Positions 54,411-64,000 of a stretch of DNA of 64,000 nt are shown here, piece after piece (position 1 is the stretch's first letter; the number at the start of each line of letters is the position of its first letter). The stretch is from an uncultured Chloroflexia bacterium (lineage in GTDB: Bacteria; Chloroflexota; Limnocylindria; QHBO01). The position numbers were made by a program, and so were the translations under genes. The notes under the pieces are model-generated. The model did not search any database and was not told the origin of the DNA. It was given only the letters and a program-made list of their open reading frames with translations. The stretch covers positions 1 through 64,000 of the forward strand of contig CAWFCQ010000005.1 in NCBI GenBank assembly GCA_963814375.1, written 5' to 3'.

Positions 54411-54656
54411 TTAGTCCTTCGACTTGCCCTTCAGGACCTTGTCGGCCTTCCGGTTGATCCGGTCGAACTCGCTCTTGGTGAGATTGCCGTCCTTGCGCTG
54501 CTTTCGTGACAGCCGCTTGGCGCTGATCGCGTGCCCCTTGTCCGGGATGGGGTAGTTGCCGGTTTCCTTCTTCGCGTCGGCCGAGCGAGCCTTCTCGGGG
54601 AGACCGAACTCCTTGGGCGGGAGCTTCGCCCGCTCATTCGCGCTGAGCTTCGCCAT
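54411..54656 (-). CDS. Small basic conserved protein (DUF6582-like)
   Basis: RAKLPPKEFGLP..YPIPDKGHA. Confidence 0.75.
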   Translation of the reverse strand: MAKLSANERAKLPPKEFGLPEKARSADAKKETGNYPIPDKGHAISAKRLSRKQRKDGNLTKSEFDRINRKADKVLKGKSKD

Positions 54657-54732
54657 GGCAGAACCCACTCCTTCTCGAGTACCACGCGCGAGCAAGCACG
54701 CCGGGTGCCAGCAGCCAGGCGTTAATCGGCGC

Positions 54733-55206
54733 CTACTGGCTCAGCAGCAGCGCGACGACGGTCCCGACCGCCAGACCGATGAAGATCGCGGCAATCAGGA
54801 AGCTGGGGATACCGACCGGTTCGCGCGCCTCATCGCGGGCCGCCCCGAGACGAACCCGCTCCACGTCGGGCTCGCTCGTCCCTTTCCCGATGAACCGAAG
54901 GACGCCGGATCGCTGGCGAGCCACGGGCACCGCCCGGGTGGCGGGCGCTGGAATCGGCTCGGGCCGATCGGGGTGGAGCTCGCTGGGCCGCGGGATGACG
55001 ACGGAATCGGCAGGCGCCGGTCGAGGGGGCGGCGCGGGGTCGACGACAGCTCCCTGTGCCGATTCAGGTGCCCTGACGCTGGGGGCAACGTCCGCGCGGG
55101 CCTCGCACCTGGGGCAGAAGTCGCCGACGAAGGACGCCGCCAGGAACCGCTTGCATCGCAGGCACCGGCGGGCTGGCTTCGCAGGCTGAGTCGTGATCCA
55201 GCTCAT
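54733..55206 (-). CDS. Hypothetical protein, N-terminal CxxC..CxxC and C-terminal TM
   Basis: CLRC..CPRC, Pro-rich linker, TM tail. Confidence 0.6.
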   Translation of the reverse strand: MSWITTQPAKPARRCLRCKRFLAASFVGDFCPRCEARADVAPSVRAPESAQGAVVDPAPPPRPAPADSVVIPRPSELHPDRPEPIPAPATRAVPVARQRSGVLRFIGKGTSEPDVERVRLGAARDEAREPVGIPSFLIAAIFIGLAVGTVVALLLSQ

Positions 55207-55212
55207 CGAGCG

Positions 55213-55615
55213 TCACCCGACGTGGACGGATGGTCGCCGGCGCTCAACCTGCTCAACGAGGACGGCGCGCAGCGCGGGACGGTCAACATCCTCGGCAGTA
55301 CGGCACTTGACGTGCCGGATGCGCTTGCCCGTCCCCTCGATCAGGCTCATCGGGGTCGCCGAGAAGGGCGCCGTCGGCGAGCTGAACGTTGACGTGAGCG
55401 GTGTGCGGGATGAGCCCGATCGCGAAGTCGCGCATCCGCACGCCCTCGGATGATGCGAAGCCGAATGCGAGGAGCCGATCCGGCAGATCCAGCTGCTCGG
55501 TGAGGTCCGGCTCGATGTCGCGGACGAGGGCCCGGAGGCGCCGGAAGACATCGGCCACCACCGGCGAGTGTTCGCCGAGAAGCGGGTCGAGCTCGTCGGG
55601 CGACATCGCGGTCAC
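55213..55615 (-). CDS. DUF1801-like protein, frameshift near 55350
   Basis: HVNVQLADGALL..LIEGTGKRIRHVK. Confidence 0.8.
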
Positions 55616-56040
55616 CAGAGGGCGAGGCCGGTCGACTCGTCGGGCACGCGGACGAGCGAAACTCCGGTGATCTCACGGATCATCACCTCGACCATGAACA
55701 CCTCGCAGCCGCGCACGAGGTGACCGCCGGTGCATGCGCCGGTGGCATCGGCGAAGGTGGCGTGGGCGTGCAGGAAGGGGCGGTCGTCGCGCAGGCTGAT
55801 GTTGCCGGTGAAGCCGACGATCTCGTGGTGCGTGTCGGACCCGAGGTCCACGTACTGCCGCCGCTCCTGGTCGAAGTAGGCGTATCGCGCGCGACGCACT
55901 GCGCCGATGGCCGTGACCTGGCCCGCCAGGATCCCCTGCTCGAGGCAGTGCGCTTCGATCGCCTCGACCAGGTCGGTCCCCGCCTCGAGGCGTCCCACGA
56001 AGCCGCGGCCGGCGCTGAGCTCCTGGAATCCGGGGGGCAT
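55612..56040 (-). CDS. PPC domain (DUF296) protein
   Basis: RLEAGTDL, AIGAV, GNIS, HAHATFAD, GGHL. Confidence 0.9.
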   Translation of the reverse strand: MPPGFQELSAGRGFVGRLEAGTDLVEAIEAHCLEQGILAGQVTAIGAVRRARYAYFDQERRQYVDLGSDTHHEIVGFTGNISLRDDRPFLHAHATFADATGACTGGHLVRGCEVFMVEVMIREITGVSLVRVPDESTGLALW

Positions 56041-56048
56041 CGGTCCTC

Positions 56049-58589
56049 CTATTCGAACTGCTTGAGGTTGCGAACGATCGGCAGCGACGCCGCAACGCGA
56101 GCAGGATAGATGCCCGCCAGCGCGGCCACTCCAGTCCCGAGGAGCAGCACCGCGACGAGGAGCGGCCACGGCAGGCGCAACCCCGCCGACAGCTCGGGTG
56201 TCGCCGGGCTGCCGCCGACGAGGGCCAGCGCGACGAGCACGCCGATGCCGACGGCCAGGACGCCCGCGATGGCGCCCATGATCGCCGCCTCCGAGACGAC
56301 CATCGCCTGGACCTGGCCGACGGTCATGCCGTGGCTTCGCAGGATCGCGATCTCGCGCTCGCGCTCGTGGACGCCGACGCCGAGCGTGTTCACGATCCCG
56401 AGGGCGCCGATGACGACGGCGATCAGGGCGAGCACGTCGAACAGCCCGACGAGCCGATCGAGCGACATCGACAGCTCCGCGGCGAGGTCGCGCGGCGTGA
56501 GCGGCTCAGCCGCTAGCTGGACGGCCGTGTCACGGACCGAAGCGGCGAAGGCGGACGGCGCGATCTGGGGCTGCGGCACCATCATCCACAGCGACGCCGC
56601 GGTGGCGCCGAATCCGTCGCGGGCGTCCGCTGCGCCGACGATCAGCGCTCCGTCCTCGGTGCGGGCCGGGATGGAGTGCTCGAGCAGGCCGGCGACGACC
56701 AGGTCCCTGGGTTCGCCGGAAGCTGCGGCGAGGGCGATCGTGTCGCCCACGCCGATTCCGGCCCGCTGGGCGAGCGTCGTCGGGACCAGCACCGCCCCAC
56801 CCGCGCGCAGTGCGGCGAAGGCATCGGCTCGGTCGGCGCCCTCGATCAGAAGCGCGCCCGCGTCCTCGTACAGGTTCACGTCGATCCCGGCCAGCGCGGC
56901 CTCCTCGCGCTCGGTGGGGGTGATGCGGATGACCGGCGCCTCGAGCACGGGGCTCGCCATCAGGACCCCAGGCGTGGCCTCGAACGCGGGCCGGAAGGTC
57001 TCCGCCTCGAGCGGGAGGCTGGTGCGTATGGCATGGCCGCCGGGCATGATCGAGGCGATCCGCCCTTCACTGCCGGCCCGCGCCGACTCGGCGACGGTGC
57101 CGAGCGCGACGACGGCGGCCAGCGCGACCATCATGGCGCCCACGGTGAGGCCGGTCCGCGTTCGGTCTCGCGCCAGGCTGACCCGGCCGAGCATGCCCTC
57201 GGCGCCGAATAGCCACTCGAACGGGCGCCCGACGATGCGCCCCAGCGGCTCGAGGACGAAGGCGGCCGCAAGCGCCCCGCCGAGAAGAAGGCCGACCGAG
57301 ATGAGGGCCGGCAGGATGGGGAGGCTCTGCCCGCTCGCGACGACGATGCCGAGACCGATGAGCGTGATGACGAGCTCGGCGAGGACCAGGGGCCGCATGC
57401 GGTCGATCAGGCCGCGGCCCGCGTGATGGGGCGGTCGCAACGCGTCGAGCGGGGTGAGGCCGGCCGCGCGCCGAGCCGGACCGATTGCGCCCACGAGGGT
57501 GACGAGCACGCCGAGCCCGAAGGCCGCGAGCAGACCGCCCACCGGCAGCGGAAGCCCCACCACCAGCACCGCGCGGGTCGACGAGAGGACCCCGATCATG
57601 ACCACCGCCATCAGCACCCCGAGCCCGATGCCCAGCAGGCTGCCGACGATCGCGAGCACGGCTGCCTGGCGCAGGACGATCCCGAGCACCTGGCGCGAGG
57701 TCGTCCCCGCGGCCCGCAGCAGTCCGAGCTCGCGCATCCGCTCCCCGACCGTCGCGGCCAGCGTGTTGCCCACCAGGAACGTGCCCACCGCCACCGCAAC
57801 GAGGCCGAACACGAGCGCAACCCCCACGAACCCGGCCTGGGCTGAAGCGAACTGCGCCGCCGTATCTTCCGGGGTCTCCACCACGTACGGCTCTTCCAGC
57901 CCGCCGACAACTGCCTCGATCCCCTGAGGCGTGGGATCAACGCCGAGGTCGAGATCGATGTAGCGGACCGGCGAGGGAACCTCGAACGAGGCATCGAGGG
58001 TCTCGCGAGGAGCGATGATCAGCTCGCCGCGCTCGAGGGCCGCCAGGCCGCTGTCGGCGGCGAGCCCGACGATGCGCAGCGGCGGCATGCCCTCACGCCG
58101 CCCCGACAGTCGCAGCTCGTCGCCGAGACCGAGCCCGTTCCGCGCCGCCCACGATGCCGCGACCACGGCCTCACTCGCATCATCGGCCGCCAGCCGCCGT
58201 CCGGCGACGAGAGCCAGGTCGCGGATTCGAGCATCCTCCCCCGGATCGATGCCGAGGACGAGCAGGGTGAAGACGCGCTCGTTCGGCCCGGGGGCGGTGG
58301 ACACCGTCAGGCGCCGCTCGCTGACGGGGGCGGCCGCAAGCACCGCGGCGTCGTCGCGCAACGACTGCAGCGTGCGCGGGCCGAACCCCCCGTCCTCGAA
58401 CGCGCGGAGCCGCAGGTCGGCATGGCCGAGGAGCTCTGCGGTCACGCTCTCGAGGGCCTGCTGCGAGGCGGAACCGACGACGATCGTCGCCGCCAGCACC
58501 GCCACCCCGAGCGCGATGCCGATGAGCGTCAGCGCGGTCCGCAGCGGGCGCGCCAGCAGACCGCGCCAGGCGAGGGTCGCCAGGTACAT
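56049..58589 (-). CDS. FtsX-like ABC exporter permease (two repeats)
   Basis: RPLRTALT, ERMRELGLLRAAG, EREREIAILRSHG. Confidence 0.92.
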   Translation of the reverse strand: MYLATLAWRGLLARPLRTALTLIGIALGVAVLAATIVVGSASQQALESVTAELLGHADLRLRAFEDGGFGPRTLQSLRDDAAVLAAAPVSERRLTVSTAPGPNERVFTLLVLGIDPGEDARIRDLALVAGRRLAADDASEAVVAASWAARNGLGLGDELRLSGRREGMPPLRIVGLAADSGLAALERGELIIAPRETLDASFEVPSPVRYIDLDLGVDPTPQGIEAVVGGLEEPYVVETPEDTAAQFASAQAGFVGVALVFGLVAVAVGTFLVGNTLAATVGERMRELGLLRAAGTTSRQVLGIVLRQAAVLAIVGSLLGIGLGVLMAVVMIGVLSSTRAVLVVGLPLPVGGLLAAFGLGVLVTLVGAIGPARRAAGLTPLDALRPPHHAGRGLIDRMRPLVLAELVITLIGLGIVVASGQSLPILPALISVGLLLGGALAAAFVLEPLGRIVGRPFEWLFGAEGMLGRVSLARDRTRTGLTVGAMMVALAAVVALGTVAESARAGSEGRIASIMPGGHAIRTSLPLEAETFRPAFEATPGVLMASPVLEAPVIRITPTEREEAALAGIDVNLYEDAGALLIEGADRADAFAALRAGGAVLVPTTLAQRAGIGVGDTIALAAASGEPRDLVVAGLLEHSIPARTEDGALIVGAADARDGFGATAASLWMMVPQPQIAPSAFAASVRDTAVQLAAEPLTPRDLAAELSMSLDRLVGLFDVLALIAVVIGALGIVNTLGVGVHEREREIAILRSHGMTVGQVQAMVVSEAAIMGAIAGVLAVGIGVLVALALVGGSPATPELSAGLRLPWPLLVAVLLLGTGVAALAGIYPARVAASLPIVRNLKQFE

Positions 58590-58592
58590 GGC

Positions 58593-59339
58593 TTACAGCC
58601 CGTGCTCGACCAGACGGCGAATCAGGCGGCTCGCGTCCGGGTCGGATCGTCTGCCGAGCACGATCTCATCGCGCACCTCGCCATCCCGCACCACGAGCAC
58701 GCGGTCCGCGTAGGCCGCGGCGCGGGCGTCGTGGGTGACCAGCACGATCGTCTGGCCCAAGCGGTCGGCCGAGTCCCACAGGAGGCGGAGGATCTCGGTG
58801 CCGGTGGTGTAGTCCAGGTTCCCGGTCGGCTCATCGGCGAGGAGGATGGCGGGCCCTGTGGCGAGCGCGCGCGCCAGGGCGACTCGCTGCTGCTCGCCGG
58901 CCGAGAGCTGGCCCGGCCGGTGGCGAGCCTTCTTCGTCAGGCCGACCATGGCGAGCAGCTCGTCGATCCGCTCGCGATTGTTGGCGATGGTGTCGCCCGC
59001 GATGAGGAAGGGCAGGGCCACGTTCTCCTCGACATCGAGGAGCGGGATGAGGTTGAAGAACTGGAAGACGAAGCCGGTCTTCGCCCGGCGCGTGAGCGTC
59101 CGCTGCTCCTCGTCGAGACCGGAGATGCTGATGCCGTCGATCACGACCTCACCCGAGCTCGGCAGGTCGAGCCCGCCGAGCAGGTGGAGCATGGTCGACT
59201 TGCCCGAACCGGACTCGCCCATGATCGCCACGAACTCGCCCTTCTCGACGGCGAGCGAGACGCCGCGCAGCGCCTCGACTTCACCCGCCCCTAGGCGGTA
59301 CCGCTTGACGAGGTCACGCGCCTCGAGGATCACGGGCAT
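58593..59339 (-). CDS. ABC transporter ATP-binding protein (LolD/MacB type)
   Basis: GESGSGKST, GFVFQFFNL, LSAGEQQR, LADEPTGNLD. Confidence 0.94.
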   Translation of the reverse strand: MPVILEARDLVKRYRLGAGEVEALRGVSLAVEKGEFVAIMGESGSGKSTMLHLLGGLDLPSSGEVVIDGISISGLDEEQRTLTRRAKTGFVFQFFNLIPLLDVEENVALPFLIAGDTIANNRERIDELLAMVGLTKKARHRPGQLSAGEQQRVALARALATGPAILLADEPTGNLDYTTGTEILRLLWDSADRLGQTIVLVTHDARAAAYADRVLVVRDGEVRDEIVLGRRSDPDASRLIRRLVEHGL

Positions 59340-59385
59340 TGGCGGAGTCTATCGGCCGGGAAGTTGCTGATGCGGGCGCCTCGGC

Positions 59386-60393
59386 TCAGCCGAAGAGGAA
59401 GCCGAGGACCGCGCCGACGATCCCGTCGAGGAGGCCGGGCTCCGAGCGCGGAGCCGCCGCGACGTTCATTGCCCCCGCGTCGTCTGCGGCGGTCGCCGGG
59501 GCCGACGCGGCGACCCGCATCGCGGCTGCGCGCGCAGCCGCCAGCTCATCGGCGCGCAGCCGGCTGGCGAGGTCAAGCCGCTCCGGGCTCGATACCACCG
59601 TCGCGACGCCATCGATGCCCGCGGTCGAGACCGGCCGCTGGGGCGCCTCGACGGCGACGTGCTTGGCCTTGGGCGGAGCGGGTGCAGCTGCTTGCGGGGC
59701 CGCGGGAGCCGCGCTGCCTCCGCCGCCGCCCGAGCCTCCGCCGGACCCACCACCGCCCGACCCACCACCGCCGGACGGTGGACGTGGGGCCGGAGCCGGA
59801 GGAGGCGCCGGCGGTCGCGGCGCGGGGGCGGGGGCTGCGGCATTCGCCTGGAGGAAGAGCTCGGTGTACATGCGCGTGTTCTGCACGTTGCCGAGGAATG
59901 CCTTTGCGGTCGTAGCGGCGGCGCCGACGGCACCGTGCGTGAATGATCGGTTGAGGACATTGGCTCGGTGGCCGGCGGACGCCATGAACTGCTCGTGGAC
60001 GCTGACCGGCGATGCCGCATCCGAGTGACCGGCGTTCCAGCCGATGTTCTCGCCCGCCCAGGCGTACTGGAGGCCGCTCGAGTCGTAGTAGGCATAGACG
60101 AGGCAGCCGCAGCCTGGGATGGTGTGACTGAAGTAGTTCTTGGCGAGCATGTCCGAGCTTCGCCAGCGGGCGAGGCCCAGAAGGGTCCCGTGCTGCTGGA
60201 GCGGCGCCATGCCGTTGTTCGATCGCGCACCGTTGAGCAGCTGCCAGAGGGTGGCCTCGGCGGCGCCCTGGTTCCAGCCGCTGGTCGCGCTCGGGCTCCA
60301 GGCAAGCGCTCCCGCAGCGAAGACGGCGCTGAAGCCGAAGGCGATCGCGCGCGTGACGACGCGGCGCGGCCGTTGAGCAGAACCCATGAGCAT
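59386..60393 (-). CDS. CAP/SCP domain secreted protein with Gly/Pro-rich linker
   Basis: LNGAR, YFSHT, AGENIG, SAGHRANVL. Confidence 0.87.
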   Translation of the reverse strand: MLMGSAQRPRRVVTRAIAFGFSAVFAAGALAWSPSATSGWNQGAAEATLWQLLNGARSNNGMAPLQQHGTLLGLARWRSSDMLAKNYFSHTIPGCGCLVYAYYDSSGLQYAWAGENIGWNAGHSDAASPVSVHEQFMASAGHRANVLNRSFTHGAVGAAATTAKAFLGNVQNTRMYTELFLQANAAAPAPAPRPPAPPPAPAPRPPSGGGGSGGGGSGGGSGGGGGSAAPAAPQAAAPAPPKAKHVAVEAPQRPVSTAGIDGVATVVSSPERLDLASRLRADELAAARAAAMRVAASAPATAADDAGAMNVAAAPRSEPGLLDGIVGAVLGFLFG

Positions 60394-60596
60394 CCCGGAA
60401 CTCCGTGCGGCGGTGTCGGGCGGCTCGGGTCGCCCTGTCGATACGCTACGGACGGGCGGACGAATGTCAGTAGCCGAGTCGTCCCGGTTGGTGGGGTGAC
60501 TCGGCCCGCGCCAGGTACCAGTGGGACCCGGACCATTCGTGCAACTCCCCGGCACGCAACGTGCGGGAAGGATTCCCTGCTGCTCGGGGGAATGGA

Positions 60597-61007
60597 ATGA
60601 AGCGCCACTCGGTCCTCGTCGTCGACGACGAGCAAGCCGTCCGATCCCTCTATGCCGATGCCCTCGAGGAGGCGGGCCACGCGGTGGCGATCGCGATCGA
60701 TGGCACCGATGCCCTGGAGCGGATGCGTCGAGGGTCGCACCCGTGTGTCGTCCTGGCGGACGCGCACATGCCGCGGATGGACGGCTTCGAGCTCGCACGC
60801 GAGGCGGGGAACGATCCGCAGCTGGCGAGCATCCCGATCGTCGTGGTCACCGGCGACCGCATCCTGTCGTTCAGCTCGCCCGCGCGCGACAAGCCCTTCT
60901 CTGTGCCGGAGCTGAACGCGCTCGTCCAGCGCTCATGCAGCCTGCATCGCGAGACCGAGCCTGCTCGCGACGATGGACGGGAGCCGAAGCCCGGCGGCTT
61001 GGCATAG
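60597..61007 (+). CDS. Single-domain response regulator
   Basis: VLVVDDE, LADAHMPRMDG, VVVT, DKPF. Confidence 0.9.
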   Translation: MKRHSVLVVDDEQAVRSLYADALEEAGHAVAIAIDGTDALERMRRGSHPCVVLADAHMPRMDGFELAREAGNDPQLASIPIVVVTGDRILSFSSPARDKPFSVPELNALVQRSCSLHRETEPARDDGREPKPGGLA

Positions 61008-61036
61008 GCGGCACGACAGAGCATCATCGGCGGACG

Positions 61037-61393
61037 ATGACGGAGATCGTGGACGTCGAGCCGCTGTCGGCCCTCGGGCCTGAGCAGGGAGGTGGTCCGC
61101 CGCTCCTTCTGCCGTGGACACTCGTCGTCGCCGACGAGGACTGGTCGGCTGACCTGGAGCACGGCGCTGCCCTTCCGCGGGTTGGCGATCAGATCGAGTT
61201 CATCGCCGATGACGGCTCACAGCGCAAGTTCCGCGTGATTGACATCGTCCACACCGTTCAGAGCTCGGCAACCGGACGCCCGCTCGTGCGCGACGAGACG
61301 GAACCGAATTCGACCGTCGAGGGCGGCGGTGACCGCCAGCCTCAGGTCTTGCGTGCGGGGCTGCCGCGCGTCGTCGTGCGCGCCGAAGTCTGA
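61037..61393 (+). CDS. Hypothetical protein
   Basis: ATG-start ORF with coding-like codon use (LPRVGDQIEF). Confidence 0.6.
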   Translation: MTEIVDVEPLSALGPEQGGGPPLLLPWTLVVADEDWSADLEHGAALPRVGDQIEFIADDGSQRKFRVIDIVHTVQSSATGRPLVRDETEPNSTVEGGGDRQPQVLRAGLPRVVVRAEV

Positions 61394-61400
61394 GCTCCCG

Positions 61401-62753
61401 TCAGGCGAGCCCATTGCGCCGAGCGACCTCGGAGTACCACCGCGCCGAGTCCTTCGGGATGCGCCGCTGGGTGGCGTAGTCGACGTACGTGATGCCGAAC
61501 CGCGGCCCATACCCGAGGGCCCACTCGAAGTTATCGAGCAGCGACCACGTGAAGTAGCCGCGCACGTCGACGCCCCGATTGATCGCACGCTCGAGCGCGG
61601 CGATGTGGGTTCGCATGAACTCCACCCTTCGCGCGTCATGGATCTCACCGTCGGCGGACGGCCCATCGTTGACGGCGCAGCCGTTCTCTGTGATCAGGAA
61701 CGGGACCGATCCGTAGTCCTTCGCGAGGCGCAGGAGCAGATCGGTGAAGCAGTCGGGAACCATCTCCCAGCCGACATCGGACCGCGGGATCTCCGGCCTC
61801 GGCTCGATGCTGATGGCAAATGGGAGCTCGCTGGCCTCGTCGGGCGGCGGCGCACGCACGATCTGCCGCGAGTAGTAGTTGACGCCCAGGAAGTCGATCG
61901 GCCGGTTGATGCGACCGAGGTCTCCGTCCCGAATCCAGTCGAGCGAGAAACGGCCGGCGTAATGGTCGAGCAGCTCGGCCGGATAGGCGCCCCGGAAGAT
62001 CGGGTCGAGATACCAGCGGTTGCGATACGCGTCGGCCATCGCGACGGCGGCGTTGTCCGCATCCGTGTCGGACTCGGGATAGGTCGGATACAGGTCGAGC
62101 GTGATGCCGATGGGTGCCGCCACCCCAGCCGCGCGATGCGCGTCGACCGCCGCCCCGTGGCTGAGGAGGAGGTGGTGAGCGACGCGGAGCTCGGCCTCGA
62201 GGTCGGTCACGCCCGGCGCGTGGCGCCCCTGTCGATGCGCGACCGCGGCGAAGACCCACGGCTCGTTGTGGGTGATCCACCACGCGACCCCGTCGCCGAG
62301 CGCCTCGTACACGATGGCGGCGAACTCCCCGAAACGATCGACGATGTCGCGGTTCTGAAATCCGCCGCCGTCGTCCTGGAGCGCCTGCGGCAGGTCCCAG
62401 TGGTACAGCGTCGGCGCCGGCCGGATGCCACGCTCGACGAGCCGATCGACGAGGCGCCGGTAGAAGTCGATCCCCTTCTGGTTGGGTGCGCCGCGACCAT
62501 CGGGCTGGATGCGCGGCCAGTCGACGCTGAACCGATAGGCGTTCAGGCCGTACGAGGCCATCAGCTCGATGTCATCGGCCCAGCGATGGTAGTGATCGCA
62601 GGCGACGTCGCCGGTCTCGCCGTTGGCGACTTTGCCGGGCGTGCGGCAGAAGGTGTCCCAGATCGACGTGCCGCGACCGTCCTCGCCGACCGCCCCCTCG
62701 ATCTGGTAGCTGCTGGTCGCGGTGCCCCAGGCGAAGCCGTCCGGGAATGGCAT
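61401..62753 (-). CDS. GH1 beta-glucosidase
   Basis: FAWGTATSSYQIEG, THNEPW, ITENG, WSLLDNFEW. Confidence 0.96.
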   Translation of the reverse strand: MPFPDGFAWGTATSSYQIEGAVGEDGRGTSIWDTFCRTPGKVANGETGDVACDHYHRWADDIELMASYGLNAYRFSVDWPRIQPDGRGAPNQKGIDFYRRLVDRLVERGIRPAPTLYHWDLPQALQDDGGGFQNRDIVDRFGEFAAIVYEALGDGVAWWITHNEPWVFAAVAHRQGRHAPGVTDLEAELRVAHHLLLSHGAAVDAHRAAGVAAPIGITLDLYPTYPESDTDADNAAVAMADAYRNRWYLDPIFRGAYPAELLDHYAGRFSLDWIRDGDLGRINRPIDFLGVNYYSRQIVRAPPPDEASELPFAISIEPRPEIPRSDVGWEMVPDCFTDLLLRLAKDYGSVPFLITENGCAVNDGPSADGEIHDARRVEFMRTHIAALERAINRGVDVRGYFTWSLLDNFEWALGYGPRFGITYVDYATQRRIPKDSARWYSEVARRNGLA

Positions 62754-62760
62754 GCTCCGC

Positions 62761-63814
62761 TCAGGCCCAGGGCAGCTGAATCGGGATGAGGGCGTTGAGG
62801 AAGAGGCCGCCGATGAGCAGCGCACCGGCGCGGCGGGTGTGGATGAACGCGGCGCCCACGAACCACAGCGGCCAGCCGACGTAGGCGTGGGGCGCGACCT
62901 CCGGCCTCGGCTTCGGCGAAGACCGCGAGCACCTCGAGGAGGCGCGGCACGCCGAGGAGCACGAGCGCAACCCACGGGCCGATGAAGCCGACGGCCGCGG
63001 CGCCGATGACGATCGGGTAGAAGGCGACCATCATCACCTGCGCCACACGGCGGGCGGTCGCCTCGCCCAGGATGACGGGCAGGGTTCGGATGCGCTTGGC
63101 CGCATCGGCGTCGATCTTGTCGATGTGCTTCCCGAACAGCACGGTGGTGACGAGGATCGCGTATGGCAGCGAGGCGAGCCAGACCCACCCGGGGATCTGG
63201 CCGGTGGCGACGAAGAAGGTGCCGCCCACCATCAGCGGGCCCCAGACGATGAACACCCCCGGCTCCCCGAGCCCGATGTGCTTGAGCCGGATCGGCGGGG
63301 CGACGTAGAAGACGCTCACGAAGAGGCCAGCCAGCGCGAACACGATGACGAGCGGTCCGCGCTGGGTCGCGAGGAACAGCATGATCGCGAGGTCGATCGC
63401 GTTGGCGACAAGGATGGCGATCCCGAGCTGGCGCTTGGTGACCCACCCCGACAGCACCGGGTGCGGGGCGTACAGCGCCCGCACGTAGTCCGCGGTGTCG
63501 ACCCCGCCTTCCAGGTCGAAGTAGTCGTTGATCATGTTGTTGGCGGCGTGCGCGACCACGAGTCCGATGACCGCCAGCGCCAGCAGCCCCCAGTCGACGG
63601 AGACCTCGCCGGTAAGGCGAGCGGCGCCCACTGCCAGCAGGCCGCCGATGAGGCCCGAGGTGGCCGTCATGCTGAAGACCGCCGCCCGCGTGATCACGAG
63701 CCACTTGCTGATCGCATCGGGAGGCGCCGCCATGCCCTCGGGCAGGTTTGCCGTCCGCATCACCGTCCGCCACACGGCCACGCGCTGGGGGAAGGTCATC
63801 GATCTCTCGGCCAT
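62761..63814 (-). CDS. UbiA-superfamily prenyltransferase (MenA-like), frameshift near 62905
   Basis: NNMINDYFD..GVD, LKHIGLGE, HIDKIDAD..RTLPV. Confidence 0.85.
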
Positions 63815-63884
63815 AACGTGATACTTACGCGTATCATGTTATTCGCCGGCAGCGGCATGTCAAATGAGCCGCCGTCGGTGGTGG

Positions 63885-63961
63885 TGGGGTGGCCTACGGG
63901 TCTCGAACCCGTAACCTTCGGAGCCACAATCCGATGCTCTGCCTATTGAGCTAAGGCCACC
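63885..63961 (-). tRNA. tRNA-His(GTG) with G-1 and encoded CCA
   Basis: GGTGGCCTTAGCTCAATAGGCAGAGCATCGGATTGTGGCTCCGAAGGTTACGGGTTCGAGACCCGTAGGCCACCCCA folds into a full cloverleaf. Confidence 0.97.
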
Positions 63962-64000
63962 ACGAAACGTCGCGCGTGGTCGCAGCGCGACGCTGGCCTA

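Noticed and set aside
59700-59840. Low-complexity GC repeats (CCACCGCC units); also the TASPAP repeat at about 29,700
   Set aside because: They encode ordinary Gly/Pro-rich linkers of secreted proteins
61401-63773. 790-aa ORF extending GH1 N-terminally
   Set aside because: The upstream part is an alternative frame of the prenyltransferase; GH1 starts at 62753 after a GGAG RBS
63885-63961. tRNA-His as an island attachment site
   Set aside because: I saw no duplicated tRNA-His 3' fragment or integrase; the adjacent genes look like ordinary chromosome

Overview
High-GC bacterial sequence that looks like at least three unrelated pieces joined at about 17,445 and about 26,780, with many single-base frameshifts of long-read type in the first 26 kb. 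(1) 1-17.4 kb, actinobacterial style: sugar ABC transporters, GH43, an RnfD/UnbU-like + ASPIC/UnbV protein, GntR and aceA. (2) 17.4-26.8 kb: tail of a RiPP-type radical SAM, vapBC, B12-radical SAM + PhyH dioxygenase, liv transporter and a truncated c-type cytochrome. (3) 26.8-64 kb, Chloroflexota-like by inference: accessory genes, a RibA-RibD/ADH/QueD/HAD/GT4 cluster, gene debris, regulators, an ABC exporter, GH1, MenA-like prenyltransferase and tRNA-His. The main find is at 27.8-33.3 kb: a tandem array of ~130-bp direct repeats. Each has a conserved ~70-bp arm, an identical 39-nt 5' half of tRNA-Arg(UCG) cut right after the anticodon loop, and a CGCTC-N5-GAGCG palindrome. The repeats separate 1.5-2.2 kb integrase-free units carrying lipoprotein or CPBP protease genes, which suggests a tRNA-anchored, integron-like gene-cassette array. 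All family assignments come from reading motifs by eye; no database searches were run.
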